A stretch of 60,349 nucleotides of DNA, from assembly GCA_003427395.1 (NCBI GenBank), contig BFEA01000017.1, forward strand, positions 1,012,875 through 1,073,223, read 5' to 3'. The position numbers and the translations under genes were made by a program. Positions 13,501 to 24,730 of this stretch are shown one piece after another. The stretch is from Chara braunii. Taxonomy: Eukaryota > Plantae > Charophyceae. The notes under the pieces are model-generated. The model was given only the letters and a program-made list of their open reading frames with translations, ran no database searches and was not told where the DNA came from. Numbering within the stretch: the first letter of the stretch is position 1; each line of letters starts with the position of its first letter.

Positions 13501-14085
13501 AGGTCTTCGAGTGGTCTTCTGGAAGTTCAGATATCATGGTAATACATGACAACATAATCACAGAGATGCATTTGTTCTTTGGCAACCTGAAAATCATGGT
13601 CAAAGGGGTGTATGAGCTCTCTCATTGAGTGTGTTACTTTTTTGGGCGTCAATTTTTGGAAAGTCTCACGTGTCATGCAGTCGTAAACGACTATCCCCTT
13701 AACTTTTAATCTCTTTGTCCATAGATCCGATTCCTCATGTTGGAAGGCATCCCACTCGGCTAGTACTTTCTCTCTAACCAGGCTCCAAACCAAGTTTGAG
13801 ATAGGGTGAAGGTTCATGCGGTATTCCGCATATTTGAGCTTCCTAGCTATCTCTTCCTCTTTATTCTTCCTGTTGGCTGCCAGTATACGGGAAAAATACT
13901 TAAATGCTCTGAGAAGACACGAAATCCTGCTTCCCACCAAGTTTCCTTCGTTTCAAATTTCTCGGCGTTCAGTTTCTATCCCTCCCAAAAACGTTTCATT
14001 CAATCTACCACACCAGGGTCCTGGAGAATCTGGGTATTTGCTCTGAAGTAGCCAGGGCCCCTTTCCAACTTAGCAGAATTCAATG
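10600..14085 (-). pseudogene. LINE ORF2 (RT and zf-RVT-like part), disrupted
   Basis: GPGYFRAN; KAPGNNGL; LLYKKGD..IRNWRPISVLNVSYKLLAK; QQGFPLAPLLF; frameshifted ALADD; PKEEGGLGL; CKICNWAFESTTHLWYDCP; many stops and frameshifts. Confidence 0.93.
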
Positions 14086-17000
14086 CAGCCACAACCGGTT
14101 TATGGTCCGAAATCGGGCGATCTGGGGGGCGGTTTTCGAAGCGGGCAGCGGGTTTGGGGTGGGGGGGGGGGGGGGCACCCCCTCAAAGTGACAGGGCGTC
14201 AAAAAAAAAAAAAACGGGGGGGTCCTGCACAAGACCCTGGAAGAGTGGGCCGCGAAAAATCCAGCGTCCCCCGTGTGCAGGTTCGCCGATGCGGGGTCGC
14301 AGGGAGGAGGGTCGGGAACAGTGGAAAAATTTAAAAAAGAAATGTTTGACCCCTGCGGGGGTGGCCCAACGTGGGTTGGATGAGGGCCTGGTTGGGGCGG
14401 GCCGTGCGGCCAGGCCGGGTCGAATCTAGACGGGGCTGCAGATGGCAGACCCTAGGCGGATCAGGGCCTCACGCACTGAAAGGTAGTCGTCGGTTTCATT
14501 CATGAGGGCGATGACAGTTCGTCGCATATTTTAAAACAACACATTCATGACAATCATAAGTCAGACCCTGTTTGGCATACCAATGTTAAAACACATTGAA
14601 AATCAATCACAGTGCAGCGAACCACAAGTTTCAAACAATGATAACAGGCAAGTGTGTCATAGTGTGTGTTCACTCATGAGACTGATGGACATTCATTAAA
14701 ACATCGTTTATGTAAGAACGCATTCATTAGCACATCATCCCTGTGTCACATCTGAAATTAACAGCACATTCACAGTGGAGGCATCCATGACATGCAGGTG
14801 CGTGGCATCGGAGAAGCACATAATTTGCAACAATCACGACAACAGAGCAAAAAACAATCACCAAACAACAACGACTCAGATGCAAGACCAATGTTGGCGG
14901 AGGAACAAGAACAAGAGCAAATATATGACAAAGCATTTCAATGGAAATGCGTATGTACAAGGCTGAAGCCAAAAACTAGACCCGTAGTCTCTACTGTACA
15001 ACCGAATAGCAAAAAAAAACTGGACCCATCGTCTCTGCTACACAACAGAATAGCAAAAAAAAATTGGACTCGTCGACGAGCGTCGTCTCTACTGTACAAC
15101 CGAGTAGCAAAAGAAAAAAAAAAAAACCTAATGTCCACATACTGTCGTCGTCTCCATGGAACAACATCGACATAAATATGCAACAACCCTGCCGACAGAA
15201 CGTCCAAGCTGTACAGGCAAGCGGAAAAAAAAAAAAAAAACTAATGAAAAAAAAAAACCACCACGGACGTCGTCATCTCCCACCAGAGCGCGCGCGGCCT
15301 CTCTCGGAGGACGGGCGGCCATGCGGTCCTCCCCGGCGCCCTCCTCTCCCTCCGACACCTGTGCCTCGTGCCCCGCTGACGTATGCCGCATGTGCTGCAG
15401 CGGCCGCCGCGGCCACCTGTGCCCTGTGTCTGCGGGCCGCAGTCTCGATCGGCTCGGACTCAGTGTCTGCGTCCTCGTCCTCCTCCGCCTGTGCAGCAAT
15501 CCCCCCCTCTCTCCCTCTAAATCGCGTCCAATGCTGCCTGCCCAGCGGCAACCCCTGCAGCGAGTCAAGCCTCAACCTCTGAGAGGTCATGCTGTCGTCT
15601 CGTCCCGGGACGCATCAACAACCCATCCTCGCCCGATGTGAACTGCTCTCCCCGCAGCCTGTCCGTGGATGTCCCTGCGGCCTCGATGACCAATGATCTC
15701 CTCGTCTCTGACAAACCAAGCATGCGGCCTGCCATCTGCAGGCTCGGACATCCGGACCCACCCTCCGCAGCCTGCGTCTGAACAGTCGTACGTCCCGTGA
15801 AGACGCCCCTCCCGGCGTCGTAATCCGCCCGAACCGGTCCCCGACCCGACGAACAGCTGACCATTCGCCACCCACACCACCTCGGACTGTTGGTGGGGAA
15901 CCGCCACTGTGCCCAACTCCGGGTGCCGCCGTCCCGTCCCCGGTGTCGACCCTGGCCTCCGGAGTCCGTGCGGGCGGTGGAGGCATGGATCCTGCACTAT
16001 CTCTATCACCGTCGCTGCGTCTGCCGAACCCCACCTTACCCGCACCGGAGTCCCTCCCTCTCACGCCGCTGAGCGTCGAACCCGACGAGTGAGGGCTCTG
16101 CACTGTGAACGGCGGCGGTGAATATACCCTCTCAGGGGCCCGCTGCTTGCCGCTCTTGTGGCTCACGTGTGTGAAACGGTCATCCGTCAACGCGTGCGCC
16201 AAAGCGTCGACGTCGAAGAAAGTGTGCGCTGTGTCCTCGGGGCGCAAGGGAGGCACTGTGGGGTCCCTCAACACCAAGGCGAGCCTATACGGATCGTCCT
16301 CGAGACCGTGGTCGTCGTCATCGTCGCCGTCCGGTCCATCGTCTCCACCGATACCCGCGGTATCCCCATCTCCACCGGGTCCACCCTCTCCTCTACCACA
16401 CACTGCGGCACCCTGTCCCTCATCACCCGCGGTCTCGCTTTCGCCACGGCCCCCACTAGTGGACCCACCGCTCATGACAACATCCTGCCCCTCAGGGACA
16501 CCCGCGGTCTCCTCGTCGCCGCGTCGTCCACCACCTGACCCACCACCCGCGGCGGCATCCTGCCCCTCATAATCGAACTCCCCCTAAACCTCCTCCTCAA
16601 GGACACCCGAGTCGTCGACGTCATGACTACCCCCCCCTCCTGTCTCTAAGTCCCTGTACCGACGCTGATCGTCGAGATACGCGAACAGACCCTCCCACTG
16701 TAGCAAACTCCTCAGCCGCTCCTCCTCCAATCGGTCCAAACGGGCATCCCTCTCCTCCTCAGTCTCAACAGGGCCCCGCTCAACGTCCGCGTCTGTGCGC
16801 ACCTCCTGCGGTGAGGCATGTCAACGTCCCTCAACACTGAAATCTCCCAAGCTCCCGCCAATCCCTACGACGTCGAAGTCTTGTGTGCGGAGCACCGACG
16901 GCGAGCGGGGGCGGATACCGGCGTTGAAGGAGTCCTCTCCCCCCCACGATCCTCGCCGTCATGTATCCGGTCTCTGCCTGCTGCCGACGCCAACCTCTCC

Positions 17001-20000
17001 GAACGCCTAAGTGCCTCGGGTTGTGAAGAGATCGGATGATGGGAGGGAGAGAAGCGACGATCGGGAAGGGGCACCTCCTCATCCTCGACCTCGTTATCGC
17101 TCCTAACCTCCCAACGCCTGCCTGTATGCCGAAGACCTCCCCGTGGCTGCTGCTCCCCCGAGTCGTCCACGTGAACCTCCGCATGCGAACGTCCTCCACG
17201 ACCACCGCCGGCTCTGCTGCTGCCACTAGCCTGCGCGGTCAACGACACATCACCAGTGATAACTGATGTGAATGAATCCATTCCGTCACGACCCCCACCG
17301 TAAGTGAAGTACACTCGCTCAGCCGTCTGGTCGCGACTCAGCGGCGTGTCATCATCATTAGTCCAGTCGTCGTCGATGTCGCCGTCTGCCGCAGCAACGT
17401 CCACATCATCCCCAACCTCCGGCCACGGTCGCAGCTCCGTCGCTCTGCTGCCGAACACGTCCTGAACCGAACGGGCTCTGGACGGTCGGCTGTCACGGAA
17501 AGCGACAATCTGCCGCTGGATCTCCTGCTCGAAAACACTGCCATCAGGTCGCGCTCCCCACACCTCGGGCTCCACATCTCCCTCCTCATCCTCCTCCTCT
17601 GCCGCCGTCCCCCCCCGACCGGTCCCCATAACCCATGGCAACACGTAGCCACCACCCTGCCGTGCGCACGAGGCCAGTTTGAGATTGGTGGCCATCTCAA
17701 CCAGCTGTGCAAGCTTGGCTAACCCAAGCTTGCAGCGCCTCGCCGTGCTGACGCGCTCGTGCTCCGCCCAGTTCCTCTCCTCTGGAGAGGCAGACGTCCA
17801 CAAGTGCATGACACGGATGGCGATGGTGCGCAACTCCGGGTGGGCACGTCCATGCTCAAACCACCACGCTGCACATCGCTCAGTCTCGAGTGGAACGCCC
17901 TCATCGGGTCCCTCACGCTCCTGTACAATAAGCCGACCGGATCGCCGCCGGTCTGCGCCAGGAGAAATTTGTCGCACTCCTCGACCACACGGCGGTCGTC
18001 GGCGGTCGTCTCCAGCGAATGGTAATACGTGAGGGACCGTTGACGAGGGTTGAGGAGGTGGGCCGCGACATGTGCGGGCTCTAGCATGTGGAGGTTGCGG
18101 ATGGAAACCTCACGCATGCATGGCTCGATCATGTCCTCCGGCACGTCCACCCTCCTCATCAACTGCAACAGATGCTGACTCCCTTCGTAAACGACGGACA
18201 TCATCATCCCACTTCTATCCATCTTGCACAACAGTTGGTGGACGGGCGACATGACTAGGATGGCGTACTGGACACGCTGCCAAAACTCCCCGTCCCGGAT
18301 CTCCTGCTGCACCCACTGCGCCTGAGATACGTGGGCGTGATCCCACGGGATGCGTGCCCAAGCATCCCCGTGCAACATGCTCTCCAACGCATCTCGTCGG
18401 CCTTTGAGACACATCAGCATCAGGAAAACCGATGCAAACCGTGTCTCAACGGGCTAGACGAGCTGAACGTGAGGGCTCACCTTCCTAAACAGGGTGTGAG
18501 CAGCGCCGTGCGATTTAATAAATCCCACAAGTGCTCAAGCACGGATGATGGTCTCCTTGACCGACATCACTCGCGTCCCGATATCTGACAACATCAAGTT
18601 GCAGACATGGTGGAGCAGGGGAGCCACGTGATCCTCTTGATGTCAAGCCCGTGGTCTGTGGCGAACCTGCGCGCTGCGGCCGTATAGTTACTGGCGGAGT
18701 CTGTGCAAAAGCCGATCACGTGCTTTGCAGGAAAGGACAAGATGATGGCCCGCCACCTACGGTACATGACGTCCGCTGTGTCTCGGACCGACCCGTCACG
18801 TGCGACGGTGGCGTACAGCAGGGCGCCATTGGCGCCCCCGGCGAGGAAGTTCACGAGCGGCTTACCGCTGCGCGACTTCCTCCCTTCGGAAAGGATAGTG
18901 GCACCGCTGTGCCGGAAAGTGGCGCGCACCTTGCTCACCATCGTCGCCACCTTTGCCCTCTGCGAAGGGATACCGATTCCCAATGTAACCCTGTAGGAGG
19001 GAAACCGGAACTGGATAGAGCGAGGCACTCTCTCTGCTGCCTGCCGCACCCTCTGGAACTCCGGACCACGGAAGACGTTAAATGGCAACTTCTTCACGTA
19101 GATCCACTGAAGCCATGCATCTGTGAACTCGGCCAACTTCTCCCTGGCGTACATCTCGTCAATCGTGGTCTGCCGAGCCTTCTTCTCCCTGCCCGTGTCT
19201 GGCACCTCGACTCCAGCCTGCCCCATTGTCCTCTTCTCCCTCCTCGCACGCTCCACCTCAGGTCGCGGCGCCCTAGTAGCAGGACTCGCTCGACTGACGC
19301 CTCTCGACGTCATCACCACCTCCTCCCCTGGCAGGTTAGGCTCTCTGACTGCCTCGTCTTCCTCGTCTGCAACCGCCCCCTCCCTGGTCCCACCCTCGTA
19401 GCCCTCCTCCTCATCGAGGGCGTCCTGAATGTCGTCCCTCTCTGCGTCGTCCATCCGCTATCTCTGGCCACCCGCGGGCGCTCTCATGTCCCGTATGCCC
19501 TCGTCCGCCATCCACCTCTACACCCGCTGAGCAGTGGACGACACAAATGTGTAGTCCGTGTCGTTCCAGAGTTTCGCGAGAACTCTCATCCCCCCAGCCT
19601 TGCAGAACTTCGATTGCGTGAAATGACGTGCGGCCTTCGACGACCCTCCCTGAAACAGGTGGCCGCATAAGTTGCAACGCAACTTTCGGTCCCCGTGCAT
19701 CTTGGACTGGTCCCCAACGTACTGGCCCGCGGTGACGAAGTTCCAAACAATGTTCCCTCGCCTCAACTTCGCCATCTCGTTCTCGGACAACGGGTTGAAC
19801 GTGGCACCCCCAGACCCCCCCACACCGCTGCTCCCTGCACCCCCCGTCATCGCCCCCCCACCAGGATCCAACAAGTCGTGGCCTCGATCTTGGATGTCGT
19901 CTAACTGTGCCACACTGTCGATGTAGCGCCCCCTCAATGTCGCTGCACCCTCACGTCCCCTCGATGTCGCGCTAGCCCACGGTCCACTAGCACCCCAGTC

Positions 20001-20293
20001 GGCCGCCCACCAGCGCGTCTTGGAGGCGGGGAACCCTGCCTGGCCGCCTCGGCCGTGGTCGGCCTCGATCGGCCCTGTTCGGCCGTGCCCGGCCGCGTTC
20101 GGCTGTGTTCGGCCGTGCCCGGCCGCACCCGGGCACTAAAATGGCCGCGCGCTGGAAAAAGACGCGCGCGCCGTGCGATGATGGCGACGGCCGTGCGGCG
20201 GCCGCTGGGCAGCGCGGGGCCGCTGTCCCGCGTGCTCGCGCGGCGCGCGCCGCTGCAGGGTGCGCAGGAAGAAGAAGAAGAAGAAGAAGAAGA

Positions 20294-20324
<31 letters not shown>

Positions 20325-20975
20325 NNNNNNNNNNNNNNNNNNNNNNNNNNNNNNNNNNNNNNNNNNNNNNNNNNNNNNNNNNNNNNNNNNNNNNNNNNNN
20401 NNNNNNNNNNNNNNNNNNNNNNNNNNNNNNNNNNNNNNNNNNNNNNNNNNNNNNNNNNNNNNNNNNNNNNNNNNNNNNNNNNNNNNNNNNNNNNNNNNNN
20501 NNNNNNNNNNNNNNNNNNNNNNNNNNNNNNNNNNNNNNNNNNNNNNNNNNNNNNNNNNNNNNNNNNNNNNNNNNNNNNNNNNNNNNNNNNNNNNNNNNNN
20601 NNNNNNNNNNNNNNNNNNNNNNNNNNNNNNNNNNNNNNNNNNNNNNNNNNNNNNNNNNNNNNNNNNNNNNNNNNNNNNNNNNNNNNNNNNNNNNNNNNNN
20701 NNNNNNNNNNNNNNNNNNNNNNNNNNNNNNNNNNNNNNNNNNNNNNNNNTTTTTTTTTTCTGCGCCGCGTCGAAGGTCGGACACCCAAAAACAAATATGG
20801 GCATGTAGGGATTTTCCAGCCCTACACGCCCGTATTTTTTTATTTTTTTTTTGCACATAAAAAATGGGAAAAAAAAATAATGTACCGAACTCGGCAGGTC
20901 GGCCTAGGCCGAACCGGGCCGATTCGGTCATCGGCCTAGGCCGCGGCCGACTCGGACCCCCCGGCCGCGGCCGTG
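14086..20975 (-). mobile_element. hAT DNA transposon (~6.9 kb) inserted in the LINE
   Basis: Transposase remnants; GC-rich subterminal GGCCG repeats at both ends; LINE sequence resumes on each side; TIRs degenerate, so ends are approximate. Confidence 0.85.
16865..19937 (-). pseudogene. hAT transposase: BED finger, DUF659, hAT dimerization domain
   Basis: VWNF..LRCNLCGHLFQGGSSKAARHF (BED); LPFNVF..FPSY..TILSEG..KPLVNFL..CTDSASN..WLPC (DUF659); AAHLLNP; WWFEHG..PELRTIAIRVMHLWTSASPEERNW (dimerization); frameshifts present. Confidence 0.92.
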
Positions 20976-20979
20976 CGTG

Positions 20980-21426
20980 CAAGGAGGTATTTTAATCGTC
21001 GACAATGATTAGATTGTCACAGTTGGGGACAAACAATGGAATATCCTTAAAAAAAATAGCACGTTCAGCAGGATCCGTTGGAGCATAAATGAAACCTACT
21101 ACCCACTCTTGACCCTCAATCCTCACTTCAATCCACGACCATTTTCCCCACAAGTCCTCACCGAAATCGATAATTTCAGCATTTAAGTTCTTGTGAACTA
21201 GGATTGCTACTCCACCTTTAGATCGTCTAGCAGGGGCTCACAGTTGTGGACCATCTCACCAGGAACCTAATTCCAATATCTTATGCTCTGATAACTTACT
21301 TTTCTATAGACAGAGGATGCCAATTTTCTTCTCCGGCATCCAGGTTTTCAAACGACCTTTCTTGTTTCTGCCTATTGAGTCCCCTAGCCCGCGCACATTC
21401 GAAGTAGCTACCTTAAGCCTGCCCAT
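20980..21426 (-). pseudogene. LINE ORF2 N-terminal AP-endonuclease fragment
   Basis: Manual translation from ATG 21426: MGRLKVATSNVRGLG..ILCL*ESK..KGGVAILV..GFIYAP..NLIIVDD*N. Confidence 0.88.
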
Positions 21427-23732
21427 TCGGAGCAGTTACCCCAGATTGTTGGATCTGGGAGGTTCCCTCCGCAGTCGAGGTTGACATCAGCCATGCTTCT
21501 GACAACACTTGTTTCAGGAAGGGAGAATCAAGTTTCCTTTCGTTTTCCAATTTGGAGTTTAGATTCTCAAACATTCTGCGGTTACAGAGGGTGCCAGTTT
21601 GACTCGTCTCAGATCAGGCTTCTGGCCTTCCAACAACCAAGCTAACGGGACTAATCTGAGGCCTTCTCTTTCCAACTGTTCCATATGAGTTGCGTTGATG
21701 CGTGCATCAAGCAGTGGGGTATAGAGGCGAGCTCTTTTCCCTTCAAGATCAATTAGAAAGCAGGGCATGGCAACTTCAATAAGTATGAAGGAAATTTTGT
21801 TATGGAATATTGACCTGGTCAGGGTTTCCGTTGCTTGTGGCATTGGAGACTCTGGGTAGGGGGCGTTAAGAAACAAAAGAGAGTTATCCAAGCCTAACCA
21901 CGCTACTACCCCGAATAAATTTCTAGCGACAATAAGCATCAGTGACAACAACCTTGATTCAACCGCTGATTAACCTTTTGATAAGGCATCCATCCGAGGT
22001 CCTGACGATTTGCGCTTACCTATAGTAGAAGACTGTGGTTGTGAGCCATCAGAGTTGCTTGAGGGTTCTGCATGCAATTAATCTACCCGAATATCAATAC
22101 CTGCGTCGCTTGGCCTTCGTTGCTTCCCTGGGGATTCGCCCCGTTGACGAAAACGACTTTGTCATGGAGTCAAGGTCCCAGACAGAGTCGGGCTTGCTTA
22201 TTGTCTCTCCTAAGGATGTCCGGTCGAGGTCGTCACGTTTTGAGGAAGCCCACTCTGGCGTTGTCATGAGGCAAGTCCATCATGCCATGGTTCCAAAACA
22301 TAAATGCGTGTAAATTTGCAACTGAAGGGCTCACGCCTAACTGCACATTCGACATCGGCATCCCATTATTATGGCGCCGATCTGAATGGGTGCGGAGGTA
22401 GGTTTTTCAGAAAAGCTACCCAAGTGGCGTCCAAAGATGGTATCGCTTGATTAAGCTAGCTTTGAGTCATTCCTGCTCCCATATGAGAGTGTACTTGGTA
22501 ACCAGGTGAGAAGGTCGGGTTGATCCGAAGCGCTGCTCCATTTGGAAGGTTCGAACTCGCCGCCTCTTGTTGAACCCCCAAAGTGGGTTGTACTACCGAG
22601 AGTCTCGGTGCACCTAGCGGGCCAGCATACCCCGCTTACGGTTCCGCTGCCCTTGGTGCTGACGGTGATTGTGGTTGGCTCGAACAAGTCCCTCCTTTAT
22701 TCCGACGATCCGTCCTTCTGTAGGTGAGCTCCGTATGAAAGAAAGTACGACATCTCTTACACCATGCTGAGTCAGCGCGTACAAGTTTGAACGAAAATTT
22801 TATCCTTCATGTTTGCTCTGCTCGCTGGTTCGATATCAAATCTCAAGTTCACAAACTTTGGGTCCGATTCATCTGTTTCCGATTTATGTTGCTTCACCAC
22901 TTTCCCGATGGCCTTCTCCATATGGACATGGAGAAAGCGCATTTTGTCTAGAGGCACACCAACAACCACCACCCAGAAGGTGTCCTGATCTATCAATTGC
23001 CTCCAATCCCTAATCTCTACTCTCTTCAACCATGGCTTGAATTCGGTTCTGTAAGTTGCACCAGCAAGGTCAACGAAGTTTGTTTTCTTCATGAGCATTC
23101 AATCGGAGATGGCTTGTGCCCTTGGGACGTACGATACCACGTTCAGACGTTCCACCTTGATCCTCCAACGCTTGAATTCTTGCCCGAAGGTCTCGTCCCG
23201 CATCCACACATCTTCATAAGCTCTTACAACGTCTTCCTTAACCTTCTTTGGGAGAAAACGGGCACCATCACGGAAAATGACGGTGACCGTCCTCTCCTTC
23301 AACCACTTTATCTTGATCTCATCGAGCGTTGAGTTCAAGATAAATCTAACTTCTCACCCTGTCACTTCCATTTCCCTTGGATCGATGTCTGTTGGTATAA
23401 TGCCTTCCTTATAGCATGCTCTTATCATCTCCCTTGCTCTTTCCTCCTCCAAGCGATAGTCACTTGGAACTTGGGCTCTTCCTTCCCGTTCACCTTGCGC
23501 CCGTGGTTCGGGTTCTATCTTGGCTTCTTTGCACTAGCTTAACAACACCTAGTACGAAGGAACAAAACTCCACCGTATCTTCCATAACTCTGAATACAAT
23601 TTGGCAAGCGGGGTAATGGTGGCGTACTCTAACCGCTAGTAGCATCCCCAAAGGCGCTGGCCAATGGGCTTCGTCAACACGAAAACGCGGAGCTACCACC
23701 TACGCTGACGGTTCCACGTCGGAATCGTCCAT
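21427..23732 (-). pseudogene. LINE ORF1 with CCHC knuckle remnant
   Basis: Collinear fragments 23490-23699, 23099-23338, 22772-23098 (FWVVVVGVPL), 21559-21951; WCKRCRTFFHTELTY at ~22720-22765 (CX2CX4HX4C with the last C lost). Confidence 0.75.
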
Positions 23733-24730
23733 CGTCGATTAGGCCTGCCGAAGAGCAAGCGGCGTTTGGCCCGACCGATACCGCCCCGGCCGAAACGCCT
23801 CGGACCGCCGGTACCCCCTCCCAGTCACATGCATCCTTTAATTCGTCCTTTTTTCACTTTCTAATAATTCATACTTTTTTTACTTTTTTTTTAACGAAAC
23901 AATAGTTTTTTAGGGTCAGCGCCCAACTTGAAGGCAGAAATACAATGTCAAAGAACTGCAAATTCAGGGGTCGCAAGGTCTCCAATCCCACTTCGTCGGG
24001 TGGAGCCCCTCCCCTGTAGAAAACCACTATCTTCCAAAAGAGAAAAGACTACCAAATCCCCAATTCCCGCTCTCCAAAAGCACCAAAAGAAATCTGCAAC
24101 GGAAATCCTACCTCGGGTTTCGACTAGCGCCACAAGTTTTGTAAAAATCACGCCAACAAAAAATCTTAATTAAGGTTTTTAGTACTTTTTACTAATTCCT
24201 AGGTCCCACTACCAACCCTAACCCTAATGAACCCGAAATCCCTAAACTACATGTAAGCCGGTTTTTAAACGGCAATCGTAAGCCGAAAACATTCAAAACA
24301 TCATCCATCACCAACATATTCCAAGTATTATGCAAAATTGACAACACAACCTCTTATACTCTACTCCAACACGAAAACACAGGAAAGGTGGCAATCCAAA
24401 GTCTATTAACCTCATAAGGTGAAGCAAAATATAAAGACCTTTCGTCTTCAACAAGTCAACATATAGTTTTCCTTGGCAAAGGAACAAGACATACGGGAAA
24501 CCATAATTCCCCTGGCCAAGCAACTCAGCGTGTAGCTTCGCTGTATTTGATAATAATCATTATGCTGAAAAATGTCCCGAAGCAAAAAAGAAGAGAAGAA
24601 ACAAAGAACAAGAACAAGAACAAGAACAAGAAGATGTTGAAAGCATGCAGGGGCTAAGTCCTACTGCTATATATATTTATTAAAAACAAAAAAAAGTGGG
24701 CAGGGGCTAACTCCCACTGCTAGGGACTTG

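Larger units (their letters stand above)
10412..23830 (-). mobile_element. L1/Tx1-type LINE, near full length, interrupted by a hAT element
   Basis: ORF1, AP endonuclease, RT and C-terminal zinc finger in canonical order on the minus strand; 3' end probably lies in the gap. Confidence 0.9.

Noticed and set aside
18651-19670. 339-aa plus-strand ORF
   Set aside because: GC-rich antisense shadow of the hAT transposase
19934-20982. ORFs spanning N-runs and microsatellites (here and at other gaps)
   Set aside because: Artefacts of gaps and simple repeats
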